From Fibrobacter succinogenes subsp. succinogenes S85 (lineage in GTDB: Bacteria > Fibrobacterota > Fibrobacteria > Fibrobacterales > Fibrobacteraceae), in contig NC_017448.1 of the NCBI RefSeq assembly GCF_000146505.1, positions 3,540,001 to 3,572,000 of the forward strand: a stretch of DNA of 32,000 nucleotides. The letters run 5' to 3'. The notes beneath the pieces were generated by a model. It was given only the letters and a program-made list of their open reading frames with translations. It made no database searches and had not been told where the DNA came from. Position 1 is the stretch's first letter; each line of letters starts with the position of its first letter. This document shows, piece by piece, positions 24,742 through 32,000 of this stretch. The translations under genes and the position numbers were made by a program.

Positions 24742-27027
24742 TTAGAACCCCATCTTTCTCTTGTTATCGCTGCCTTCCTTCGCTTCAACTTCTTTTTCAA
24801 GAGCGTCAGCAATGCAGTCGGTGGTGAGCTTATGTGCGGGCAAGTAACGCAACTGGTTGTAGACGGCACTGAAATCGCCCGGGGCGAGAGTCGTCATGTG
24901 CTTGACCTGTGCGGGGCATTCGAGCTTGGGGAAGAACGAGTGCCATACTGTTTCAATCCCTTCGCGGGTGAGGTAGTCAAATTTGACCTTGAGCGCAAAG
25001 CGGCGGCGGGAGGCGTTGTCAAGTCTTGCGTTGAAATTTGTGGCGGCGATGAAAATCCCGTTGAAGTTTTCCATCTGCGTCAAGAGTTCGTTGACCTGCG
25101 TTACTTCGAAATTGCGGACGGCTCCGTTGCGGTCGTTTAAGAAGCTATCGGCTTCATCGAAGAAGAGAATGGCTTTGCGTTCTTCGGCTTCTTCGAAAGC
25201 GGCCTTGATTTTGGCTTCGGTTTCGCCGACGTACATCCCGAGCAAGTCGCTAGCGCGCTTGACGACGAGATTTCTGTTCAGTTTGCGGGCAAGGAATCGC
25301 ACGAATTCAGTTTTGCCTGTTCCCGGTGCGCCGTAGAGCAGAATGTTCAGTGACTGCGCAGCGTCTTTGCCGTTTAACTTGTCCCAAATACCGTTGAAGT
25401 TCTCGGCGATTTCAACAATGTCGTCAATGTTCTGGTCTATGTTGAGCCCGGTCAGCGTGTAAGCGGGAGCGTGCGTCGTCTTTTCGCGGGTGTTGTCGCG
25501 GGCGATGTTGAGCAAGTTCGCATGTGCATCGAGCATTTTGCGGATGACGGTGACCGCGATTCCTTTGTCCTGCTTGGCGGCGGGGATGGCGTTTTGGACC
25601 GCCTTGGTGTAGCCGCCGACTGTGACGGGGTATTCCGCGGCGATGTTCTGGATTTCTTCTTCGCTGATCATGTCGGGAACGTGGAGCACGTTCAATACGG
25701 AGTGCAACTGCAAAGCGCGTTTTTCCGCCGTAAAGTTCTTGAATTCCATCGAAAAGTCAAAACGGCGGCGGGTGCTTTCTTCGACGAACGTCATGGAATT
25801 CGAAATCCAGATGATGGGCGTGTGGATGTCTTCCATGAGCATGTTGAGCATACCTTTTTCAAGCCAGTTGAGCATCTGGTCGGCTTCATCGACGAGAATA
25901 ATGGCGTTTGTGTTTTCGCATTGCCAGGCAGCGAGTCGGAGTGTGCGCACGCGGCGGCGGAGAATCGCATCGTACATGCCGCCTTCGCCACCGAATCGGT
26001 CTTGCTCCGCTGGCGCCTTGATGGTGTACATCTTGAGTCCGAGTTCATTGGCGAGTGCTTTTGAAAGCTCAGTCTTGCCGGTACCCGCGCGACCGTAGAA
26101 CAGAATGTTGAGCGGCTTCTTGTAATCGTGATTAGCGAGCAAGTACACGAGCGTATCAGCTTCCGGGCGGTCCTTGGCGAGTGTCTCGAACGGAATCTTG
26201 GAATCTTCGGCAATGCCGATATCGCCAACTTTAGTAATCTCGTTTTGACCGTTCAGGTGGCGGACAATGTCCCCGTCCAGATCCATATCGTTGTCAAGAA
26301 TGCCGAGCTTGGAAATGAGCGCATCGCTGTTGGTCAGTTCAGAAAGTCGCTGCTTGGAAAGTCCGGTGGCGATGGGAATGAGTTCCAAGTCTTTTTCCGT
26401 GAAACGGGTCCTCATCCCGCAAGTCAAGCGCTTCTTGATGCTTTTGACGTCCATTTCATCGTATTCCTGAATCCAGAGATAGAGAATGAGTTCAATTTCG
26501 TCGTCGTTCAGGTGGAACATTTCCTGGAGCTTTTCAACTCGCTGCATGGTGGAGTCGCTTTCGTCGGTGCCTTTGTTGAGTTCCTGCCAGGCGAATTTCA
26601 TGAACAGCGGAATGACAGTGTTGAGAAAACGCTTCCATTCATTATCGGTGAAAACGTCCTTGGAAAGGTGCTTGATATTTTCGATGCTGCGGGCGACCTC
26701 GACGTGGAAATCTTTGTGCGGGTATTTCTTGAGGAATATTGCTCCATGTGCGCCGCAGTAGTTGCCTCGTGCGACGGAGAGAGGTGCGGAACCGTCAAGT
26801 TTATTTTGTCTGTCAATTTGGGCGAGCGCGTTGACGAGTTCGGTTTGTGTTTCAAAATCCATGAGGCCGACGACTGCTTCGGGGTTGAGATAGTCGGGGT
26901 TTGCTTGCAAATAACGGACCCAGTATTCCAACACCTTCAAAAGCGTGAACTTGGAGCTTGTGCAGCCTTGCGGCGTGTTGCTCTGGAGCTTGTTGGCGAT
27001 GTTCTGGAAGTATTCTTTTTTATTCAT
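24742..27027 (-). CDS. Tandem AAA+ ATPase (two classic-clade AAA modules) with an unknown N-terminal domain of about 300 aa
   Basis: D1 has Walker A GRAGTGKT, Walker B ILVDEADQ and ...STRRRFDF. D2 has Walker A GAPGTGKT, Walker B ILFFDEADSF, ATNFNARLDNASRRRFALKVKF and the SpoVK/CbxX-like stretch GMYVGETEAKIK. Confidence 0.9.
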   Translation of the reverse strand: MNKKEYFQNIANKLQSNTPQGCTSSKFTLLKVLEYWVRYLQANPDYLNPEAVVGLMDFETQTELVNALAQIDRQNKLDGSAPLSVARGNYCGAHGAIFLKKYPHKDFHVEVARSIENIKHLSKDVFTDNEWKRFLNTVIPLFMKFAWQELNKGTDESDSTMQRVEKLQEMFHLNDDEIELILYLWIQEYDEMDVKSIKKRLTCGMRTRFTEKDLELIPIATGLSKQRLSELTNSDALISKLGILDNDMDLDGDIVRHLNGQNEITKVGDIGIAEDSKIPFETLAKDRPEADTLVYLLANHDYKKPLNILFYGRAGTGKTELSKALANELGLKMYTIKAPAEQDRFGGEGGMYDAILRRRVRTLRLAAWQCENTNAIILVDEADQMLNWLEKGMLNMLMEDIHTPIIWISNSMTFVEESTRRRFDFSMEFKNFTAEKRALQLHSVLNVLHVPDMISEEEIQNIAAEYPVTVGGYTKAVQNAIPAAKQDKGIAVTVIRKMLDAHANLLNIARDNTREKTTHAPAYTLTGLNIDQNIDDIVEIAENFNGIWDKLNGKDAAQSLNILLYGAPGTGKTEFVRFLARKLNRNLVVKRASDLLGMYVGETEAKIKAAFEEAEERKAILFFDEADSFLNDRNGAVRNFEVTQVNELLTQMENFNGIFIAATNFNARLDNASRRRFALKVKFDYLTREGIETVWHSFFPKLECPAQVKHMTTLAPGDFSAVYNQLRYLPAHKLTTDCIADALEKEVEAKEGSDNKRKMGF

Positions 27028-27300
27028 GATGACCTCATATATAGGCGAGAATACCGCACCTTTTATTCAAAAGGGTACAATATCCCCAAAATTTTTTTTC
27101 TCTTGGGGGCGTTAAAAAAGAATTTTATGGAAATTTAAAATTGAAAAATGAAATTTAGTGTATGCATGATTTTTGCATCACATTCCAAATATAGTAAAAA
27201 TGACTTTTTTTGTCAAGGGCAAAAATGAGAGACTGTCATTCGGAAAACAGTTTACAATGGCGATATATAAAACGATATTAAAATAAAAGAGGTGAATTGT

Positions 27301-28083
27301 ATGTCGGATAAAGTTGTGGTGCGCGATCTTGAAGAACTGAGAAGATTGGTTTATGATACCATTCAACGCTTGGGACCGAATTGTGACTTGAACTTTATAG
27401 ATGTATCTCCAATGGTGGAAATGACGGGACTGTTTACTTGTCCGAACCATACGTTTAATGGGGATATAAGCCAGTGGGACGTGTCCAATGTGATCAATAT
27501 GGACGAAATGTTTTCGGGCTCCGATTTCAATGGCGACATTAGCCGTTGGGATGTGGCAAACGTTGATAGTATGTACGGAATGTTTAAATATTCCGCATTT
27601 AACGGAGATATATCGGAGTGGAATGTTTCAAATGTTCAATGCATGAGTAATATGTTTGAGGGGTCAGTTTTCAATGGAGACCTTTCTAAATGGGATGTGT
27701 CCCGAGTGAATCGCATGGATGACATGTTCCGTTATTCTAAGTTTAATGGGGATATCTCTAAATGGGATGTGTCGCACGTGACATCTATGGATGATATGTT
27801 TCATGGATCCGTGTTTAATGGAGATATCTCGAATTGGGATGTTGGAATGTGTAGAAGTTTTGGCGGTATGTTTTATCGTAGTGCCTTTTGTGGCGATTTG
27901 GAGCGTTGGAATCTTGTTAATCCGGAACTCATGACTTTTGATATGTTGGAATGCTCATTGTTGGATTGGAATAATTGTCTTCCGCAATGGTATAAGGTTA
28001 TTTATAGAAATCAGAATGTTGTTGAAGATTTTAATGAATTGGACTCCATTGACGATGACGAGGATAAAAACCTGCCTTTTTAG
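27301..28083 (+). CDS. DUF285 / BspA-type LRR protein (LRR-C), single capped module, 260 aa
   Basis: ATG 27301 with RBS aaagagg. Header [32 protein letters not shown], 7 repeats, closing cap LDWNNCLPQWY, acidic tail DSIDDDEDKNLPF. No signal peptide. Confidence 0.85.
   Translation: MSDKVVVRDLEELRRLVYDTIQRLGPNCDLNFIDVSPMVEMTGLFTCPNHTFNGDISQWDVSNVINMDEMFSGSDFNGDISRWDVANVDSMYGMFKYSAFNGDISEWNVSNVQCMSNMFEGSVFNGDLSKWDVSRVNRMDDMFRYSKFNGDISKWDVSHVTSMDDMFHGSVFNGDISNWDVGMCRSFGGMFYRSAFCGDLERWNLVNPELMTFDMLECSLLDWNNCLPQWYKVIYRNQNVVEDFNELDSIDDDEDKNLPF
27388..27914 (+). repeat. Coding 72-nt DUF285 LRR repeat array, 7 units
   Basis: Counted from the translation. Confidence 0.8.
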
Positions 28084-28181
28084 GTTTTTGCGTCCTTTTG
28101 GGCTCTATTTTCTAGGTAAAGTCGCTTGAAATAACAAATTTTTAATGTATATTAAGGAAGTAAAATTTTAAGGAGATTATT

Positions 28182-28991
28182 ATGAATTCTTTTGTTAAGG
28201 CTTCTTTGATTGCCGCTATGATGACCGCTCCGCTCATGGCTGACGAATCCTTTGGTGGTGTCGGCATCACTATTTACCAGGTGGCGGAAGGCGTTCACGT
28301 GGCAGAAGTTATCCCGGGAACTCCGGCTGCAGAGTCCAATCTCCGTGCCGGCGACGTGATTACCGCTGTTGACGGTGTCAGCCTCAAGGGCCAGAACATT
28401 GAATTTTCCAAGGCTCAGCTTCGTGGCCAGGTCAATAAGCCGCTCGAAATCACTTACACGAGCAATGGCGAAACCTATTCTACAGTGGTTCGTCGCGCCC
28501 AGATTACCGTGAAGGACTTGGACAACAAGGCCGTCAAGAACTGGTATGGCGATAAGGAACGCGTAAACGCTCAGGAACTTGAAACTTTTGCTAGCGCTAC
28601 CGAAAATGACAAGCAGCTCGTCGCGGTGCTCAGCCGCGGAAACCTCATCAAGAACGATGTTTCTGTAGCCTCTGCTGATGTCAATGGCGTTTATGTGGAA
28701 AAGGCAAAGACCACTCCGAAGTTCACCAAGACGACTCCGGTCCGCACGGGTGATGCAAGCCTCCGTCTTTTCAACCGCAAGGCTGTTTCGTTTGCCCTCA
28801 AGTCTCCGGGCCGCGCTACCGTTACAATCCTGAGCGCTGATGGCGAACAGATTGCAACGCTTAGCCTCGACAACGCTGTCGCTGGTGTCAATACGATCAA
28901 CTGGAACGGTTCTCAGATTCCGAGCGGCCGCTATGTTATTTCCATTGACCACAATGGCGCTGTGAGCGGTGCAAACGCTGTGCTCAAGTAA
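28182..28991 (+). CDS. Secreted PDZ-domain protein with a C-terminal Ig-like (FlgD-Ig/sorting-domain-like) beta domain
   Basis: RBS aaggag. Signal peptide MNSFVKASLIAAMMTAPLMA. PDZ block GGVGITIY...VIPGTPAAESNLRAGDVITAVDGVSLKG. C-terminal block ATVTILSADGEQIATL...WNGSQIPSGRYVISI. Confidence 0.78.
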   Translation: MNSFVKASLIAAMMTAPLMADESFGGVGITIYQVAEGVHVAEVIPGTPAAESNLRAGDVITAVDGVSLKGQNIEFSKAQLRGQVNKPLEITYTSNGETYSTVVRRAQITVKDLDNKAVKNWYGDKERVNAQELETFASATENDKQLVAVLSRGNLIKNDVSVASADVNGVYVEKAKTTPKFTKTTPVRTGDASLRLFNRKAVSFALKSPGRATVTILSADGEQIATLSLDNAVAGVNTINWNGSQIPSGRYVISIDHNGAVSGANAVLK

Positions 28992-29044
28992 TTTGCGCCG
29001 TTCGTGGCTGCTTTACTAAATTCGCGCTTTAAACAAAAATTCGG

Positions 29045-29076
29045 AGAACGCTCTATATTTGGAGCGTTCTTTTTTT
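29045..29076 (+). terminator. Rho-independent terminator after the PDZ gene
   Basis: agaacgctc (29045-29053), loop tatatttg, gagcgttct (29062-29070), then TTTTTT 29071-29076. Confidence 0.8.
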
Positions 29077-29091
29077 CTATCTTGTGGAATC

Positions 29092-31572
29092 GTGATTTTA
29101 TCCAAAACCCATCGTTGTCTGTGGGCCGTTATCGCATTGTTTATCGCTGCGGTCTTTGCTCCTTGCTCTTTCGGCGAGGAAATGACCCGCTTTGAACTTG
29201 AAGAGCGCGAACAGCCTGTAGAAGATACGACCGAGGTGGATTGGATGAACGATACGACCGGGGTAGATACGATTGAATACCATGCGGTCGACCTTGTGTA
29301 CGATGTAGAGACTTCTACGTTCAACCTGAACAAGTCCGCCCAGCTCAAGTACCGCACGGCAACGCTGGAATCCGATACCATTTGGATGGACCAGAAAAAT
29401 CAGATTCTTGCCGCCAGCGGAAATCCTGTGCTTCGCGAAACCAAGAATCCATCGCTTTCGGGGATGCGCCTCAAGTACAACCTCAAGTCCAAAATCGGCG
29501 AGGTGTATTATGCGACCACGTTCCAGGATAACCAGCAACTGAATGGTATGGAAGTCCGCCGCCTTCCGGATACTCGAATCCAGATTGCGCGTGGCGACTT
29601 CAGTACGTGTAACGATACGACGCACCAGCACTTCTACTTTTATGGCCGCCGCATGGTGGTGAAGCCCAAGGAAACGATTACGGCAAGGCCGGTGGTCTTG
29701 AACATAGCCGATGTGCCTGTGGCGGTTCTCCCGATGATTGTGGCTCCGCTCAAGAGCGGGCGTAAGTCCGGTCTTTTGACGCCGAAGTTCGGTGGTGACC
29801 AAAAGCAGGGCTACTACTTGCGCAATATCGGATTCTATTACGCTGCGAACGATTATTGGGATGCGACTCTTTCAGCAGACATTATTGAAGGTGACGAGGC
29901 TCGGTTTGAAAAGTCTACCTTGTCGGGTGAAATCCGCTATAAGAAACGCTATTTGTTAGATGGTCACATCAAGTACACGAGCTACCTTGAGGAATTTGAC
30001 TTTAGTCGTAGCGGTTACGATATCGATTTTTCGCATAACCAGAACTTGACTCCCGATGCGAAGCATACGTTGAGTGGCCAGGGCTCGTTTGTAAGTAGCA
30101 CTGATGTCCGTAAAAAAAATTCCTTGGAATCTAGCACTATTTTGAACCAGCAGGCGAATGCCTCGTTGGCTTACTCCGGTAAATTCGGCAACAACAAGAG
30201 CTTGACGGTCAAGGTCTCGCAGAACCAAAACCTCACGACGGGGATGCTCGAAAGAGACTTGCCCGATATCCAGTACCGCATGAGCGGAAACCTTTTCAAC
30301 TTTGAACTGGAAGAAGGCGAGGTGGCTGCCGAAGACGGCTCGTTCCAGTCGTTCCTTGAAAAGTTCAACTACAGTTTCACGAACCGCTTTAACTACAAGT
30401 CGCATCGCGAACGTGATACAACGCTCAATAAGGATACGACGGCGCATTACCTGGGTTATACGGGAACATACACTTTGGATTACTCGGGTCGTCTTTTTGA
30501 CGTGATTAACATTACCCCGAGAGCGACTTTTACTGGGTATTGGACGGGTACGTCCTGGCGCAATCCGAATGATTCTTTGTACAAGAGAAAACGCTATTTG
30601 AGCTTTAATCCTGAAGAAGGGACTTATGGTAATGTAGCGTACAACCACAGTTATAGCTTGACTGCCGATACGAAACTTTACGGTATATGGGTTCCTGAAA
30701 TTGGGCGCTTTACGGGTATTCGCCATGTGCTGTCTCCGAGCGTGTCTTATACGTATGCTCCTGAAATTGATACGGTGAAAACTTTTGCTCCACACCCGTA
30801 CTTGGGACAGTACCCATACCAGCAAAAACAGCAGACAGTTGGATTCAGTTTGAATAACGACTTTGATATCAAGTACCTCAAGGTGGCGGGACATGTGGAT
30901 ACAAGTCGTGGAGATTCTGCCAAGAAGGCTAAGGCGGTAGAAGACCAGTATGGCACTCGTCGCTTGCTTACGACTAGGCATAGTTTCTCGTATAACTTTG
31001 CGGCGGACTCGCTGAATTTCTCCGATATTTCGTCTTCATTCGGCTTCCAGATTTTGCCGGATTACATGTTTACCATCAATACGCGCCACAGCTTCTACCA
31101 TAAGTATGATACGAACCCGAACAAGGTAAGGTTCCCAGAACTCACGTATTGGGGCTATGAGCTTTCAAAGAGCTTCCACTGGAGCGGTACGTTTAATGGC
31201 GGTCTTCCTTCACAGCTTGAAAAGTATGAAATGCTCAATTGGTCTTTGAGCTTGGATTACCGCTATTCGTTCAGCAGTACTCGTGTGGCGAAGAATTTGT
31301 TCAAGGATAACATTTCGCATTCAACGGGTATCTCGGCAACGTTCCAGCCGACGGTCAACTGGGATGTTTCTTATAGCACCCGTTACGATTATAACGAAGG
31401 CAAGTTTGTCTCGCATGAATTTACGTTCAAACGTGTGTTGCATTGCTGGCAGCTCGATTTCACATGGACACCGACTGGCCCTGCCGCAGGTTGGAGCTTC
31501 TCCGTGTATGTCCGCGACTTGCCTGATATCAAGCTCAACGCAGGCAGCACCGATACAAAGAGTTATGACTAA
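29092..31572 (+). CDS. lptD: LptD/OstA-like LPS-assembly outer-membrane protein
   Basis: OstA-N-like region (DTIWMDQKNQILAASGNPVLRE..., FSTC). LptD hallmark VPVAVLPMIVAPLKSGRKSGLLTPKFGG...GYYLRNIGFYY, followed by a long beta-rich barrel. GTG 29092 (MILSKTHRCLWAVIALFIAAVFA) is preferred because TTG 29059 lies inside the upstream terminator. Confidence 0.7.
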   Translation: MILSKTHRCLWAVIALFIAAVFAPCSFGEEMTRFELEEREQPVEDTTEVDWMNDTTGVDTIEYHAVDLVYDVETSTFNLNKSAQLKYRTATLESDTIWMDQKNQILAASGNPVLRETKNPSLSGMRLKYNLKSKIGEVYYATTFQDNQQLNGMEVRRLPDTRIQIARGDFSTCNDTTHQHFYFYGRRMVVKPKETITARPVVLNIADVPVAVLPMIVAPLKSGRKSGLLTPKFGGDQKQGYYLRNIGFYYAANDYWDATLSADIIEGDEARFEKSTLSGEIRYKKRYLLDGHIKYTSYLEEFDFSRSGYDIDFSHNQNLTPDAKHTLSGQGSFVSSTDVRKKNSLESSTILNQQANASLAYSGKFGNNKSLTVKVSQNQNLTTGMLERDLPDIQYRMSGNLFNFELEEGEVAAEDGSFQSFLEKFNYSFTNRFNYKSHRERDTTLNKDTTAHYLGYTGTYTLDYSGRLFDVINITPRATFTGYWTGTSWRNPNDSLYKRKRYLSFNPEEGTYGNVAYNHSYSLTADTKLYGIWVPEIGRFTGIRHVLSPSVSYTYAPEIDTVKTFAPHPYLGQYPYQQKQQTVGFSLNNDFDIKYLKVAGHVDTSRGDSAKKAKAVEDQYGTRRLLTTRHSFSYNFAADSLNFSDISSSFGFQILPDYMFTINTRHSFYHKYDTNPNKVRFPELTYWGYELSKSFHWSGTFNGGLPSQLEKYEMLNWSLSLDYRYSFSSTRVAKNLFKDNISHSTGISATFQPTVNWDVSYSTRYDYNEGKFVSHEFTFKRVLHCWQLDFTWTPTGPAAGWSFSVYVRDLPDIKLNAGSTDTKSYD

Positions 31573-31623
31573 GTTAGACGAGAGAACGGCTCTTTGAGCC
31601 TATAGACGAGAGACGAAAGATGT

Positions 31624-32000
31624 ATGATGACTGAATCTGAAATTGTACTGGCAAGCGGTTCGCCGCGCCGTTCCGAAATTTTAAGACAGTTGGGTGTTAA
31701 CTTCCGTGTGGTCGTCTCGGGCGAAGATGAAAAGCCCACAAGCACAAATCCGCTTGACTTCCCGCGTGAAAATGCCTGCATCAAGGCGTTGTCCGTATCT
31801 CGCCAGGAACGCGATGCGTATGTGCTCGGTTTTGACACGCTCGTTTTTTTGGACAACGTTCCGCTGGGCAAGCCCAAATCCGAAGCAAATGCTATTGAAA
31901 TGTTAAGCAAACTAAACAATCGTAGCCATTTTGTAATTACAGGTGTCGCCATTGCACGTAACGGCGAAATCCTTAGCGCGTCCGAAGAGAAAACAGAGGT
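31624..32000 (+). CDS. maf: Maf-like nucleoside triphosphate pyrophosphatase (septum formation protein), 3' end outside the window
   Basis: My own translation from ATG 31624: MMTESEIVLASGSPRRSEILRQLGVNF...GFDTLVFLDNVPLGKPKSEANAIEMLSKLNNRSHFVITGVAI. This matches the canonical Maf blocks (ASxSPRR, DT(V/L)V, GKP, H.V.TG). The frame is open to the window end. Confidence 0.85.
   Translation, partial: MMTESEIVLASGSPRRSEILRQLGVNFRVVVSGEDEKPTSTNPLDFPRENACIKALSVSRQERDAYVLGFDTLVFLDNVPLGKPKSEANAIEMLSKLNNRSHFVITGVAIARNGEILSASEEKTE

Noticed and set aside
25471-27138. Plus-strand ORFs (197, 158 and 336 aa) overlapping the AAA+ gene
   Set aside because: The minus strand carries two complete Walker A/B AAA modules. 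The plus-strand translations are low-complexity mirror ORFs.
18889-27914. Regular short-period repeats that could suggest a CRISPR array or satellite
   Set aside because: The period is 72 nt, in frame and coding (24-aa LRR units). There is no alternation of conserved repeats with unique spacers, and the units are imperfect at synonymous and non-synonymous sites as expected for protein repeats.
17095-28083. Prophage, ICE, transposon or integron interpretation of the AT-rich block
   Set aside because: No integrase, transposase, relaxase or phage structural genes are present. There is no flanking tRNA, and I could spot no terminal inverted or direct repeats. The low GC is partly explained by the N/F/D/I/K/M-rich repeat composition.
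28152-28952. 266-aa minus-strand ORF overlapping the PDZ gene
   Set aside because: The plus strand has an RBS, a signal peptide and a clear PDZ motif. The minus-strand product shows no such motifs.
29059-29091. Upstream alternative start codons proposed by the ORF track: 29059, 21269, 22156, 12005, 13088, 10910, 4835 and 27292
   Set aside because: 29059 and 21269 lie inside terminator hairpins of the preceding genes. The others add residues lacking an RBS, while a downstream ATG has a better RBS, matches the conserved family N-terminus (MIAQN..., [13 protein letters not shown]..., MLQWDTLLS...), or gives a cleaner stop/start overlap.
29098-30981. 234-aa and 341-aa minus-strand ORFs inside the LptD-like gene
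   Set aside because: They are antisense to a gene with the LptD RKSGLLxP hallmark and a long beta-barrel pattern. They are Arg-rich mirror translations.

Overview
Mostly plus-strand chromosomal DNA from a Gram-negative bacterium. My guess is a Fibrobacter-like or FCB-group organism, based on the OmpA with thrombospondin-type repeats, the Bacteroidetes-style FrdB and the LptD-like protein; I cannot verify this without a search.

Ordinary content, in order:
- 3' part of a Type III restriction Res gene
- a lone fumarate reductase/succinate dehydrogenase Fe-S subunit
- a polar amino-acid ABC transporter (binding lipoprotein, permease, ATPase)
- two tandem paralogous beta-barrel OMP genes
- radC
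- a large OmpA-family protein with Cys-rich TSP3-like repeats
- a tightly packed nucleotide-metabolism run: thyA, PPP-type metallophosphoesterase, dGTPase-like HD hydrolase, HAD pyrimidine 5'-nucleotidase
- an orphan ABC-3 metal permease plus an unknown secreted protein
- at the right end, a PDZ protein, an LptD-like OMP and the start of maf

The stand-out region is a visibly AT-richer block of about 11 kb (about 17.1-28.1 kb). It holds three DUF285/BspA-type leucine-rich-repeat genes with no signal peptides. They are built from eight self-contained 'capped' modules and about 52 copies of a 24-aa/72-nt repeat; one of the three genes is frameshifted. Interleaved with them are a 761-aa tandem AAA+ ATPase on the opposite strand, two orphan ORFs each placed directly upstream of an LRR gene, and a divergently transcribed 186-aa ORF with a caspase-like (clan CD) His-Gly...Cys pattern. 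This block is my best candidate for an undescribed system.

No tRNA, rRNA, CRISPR array, integrase or transposase was seen. All function calls come from motif reading of the supplied translations; no database search was possible.
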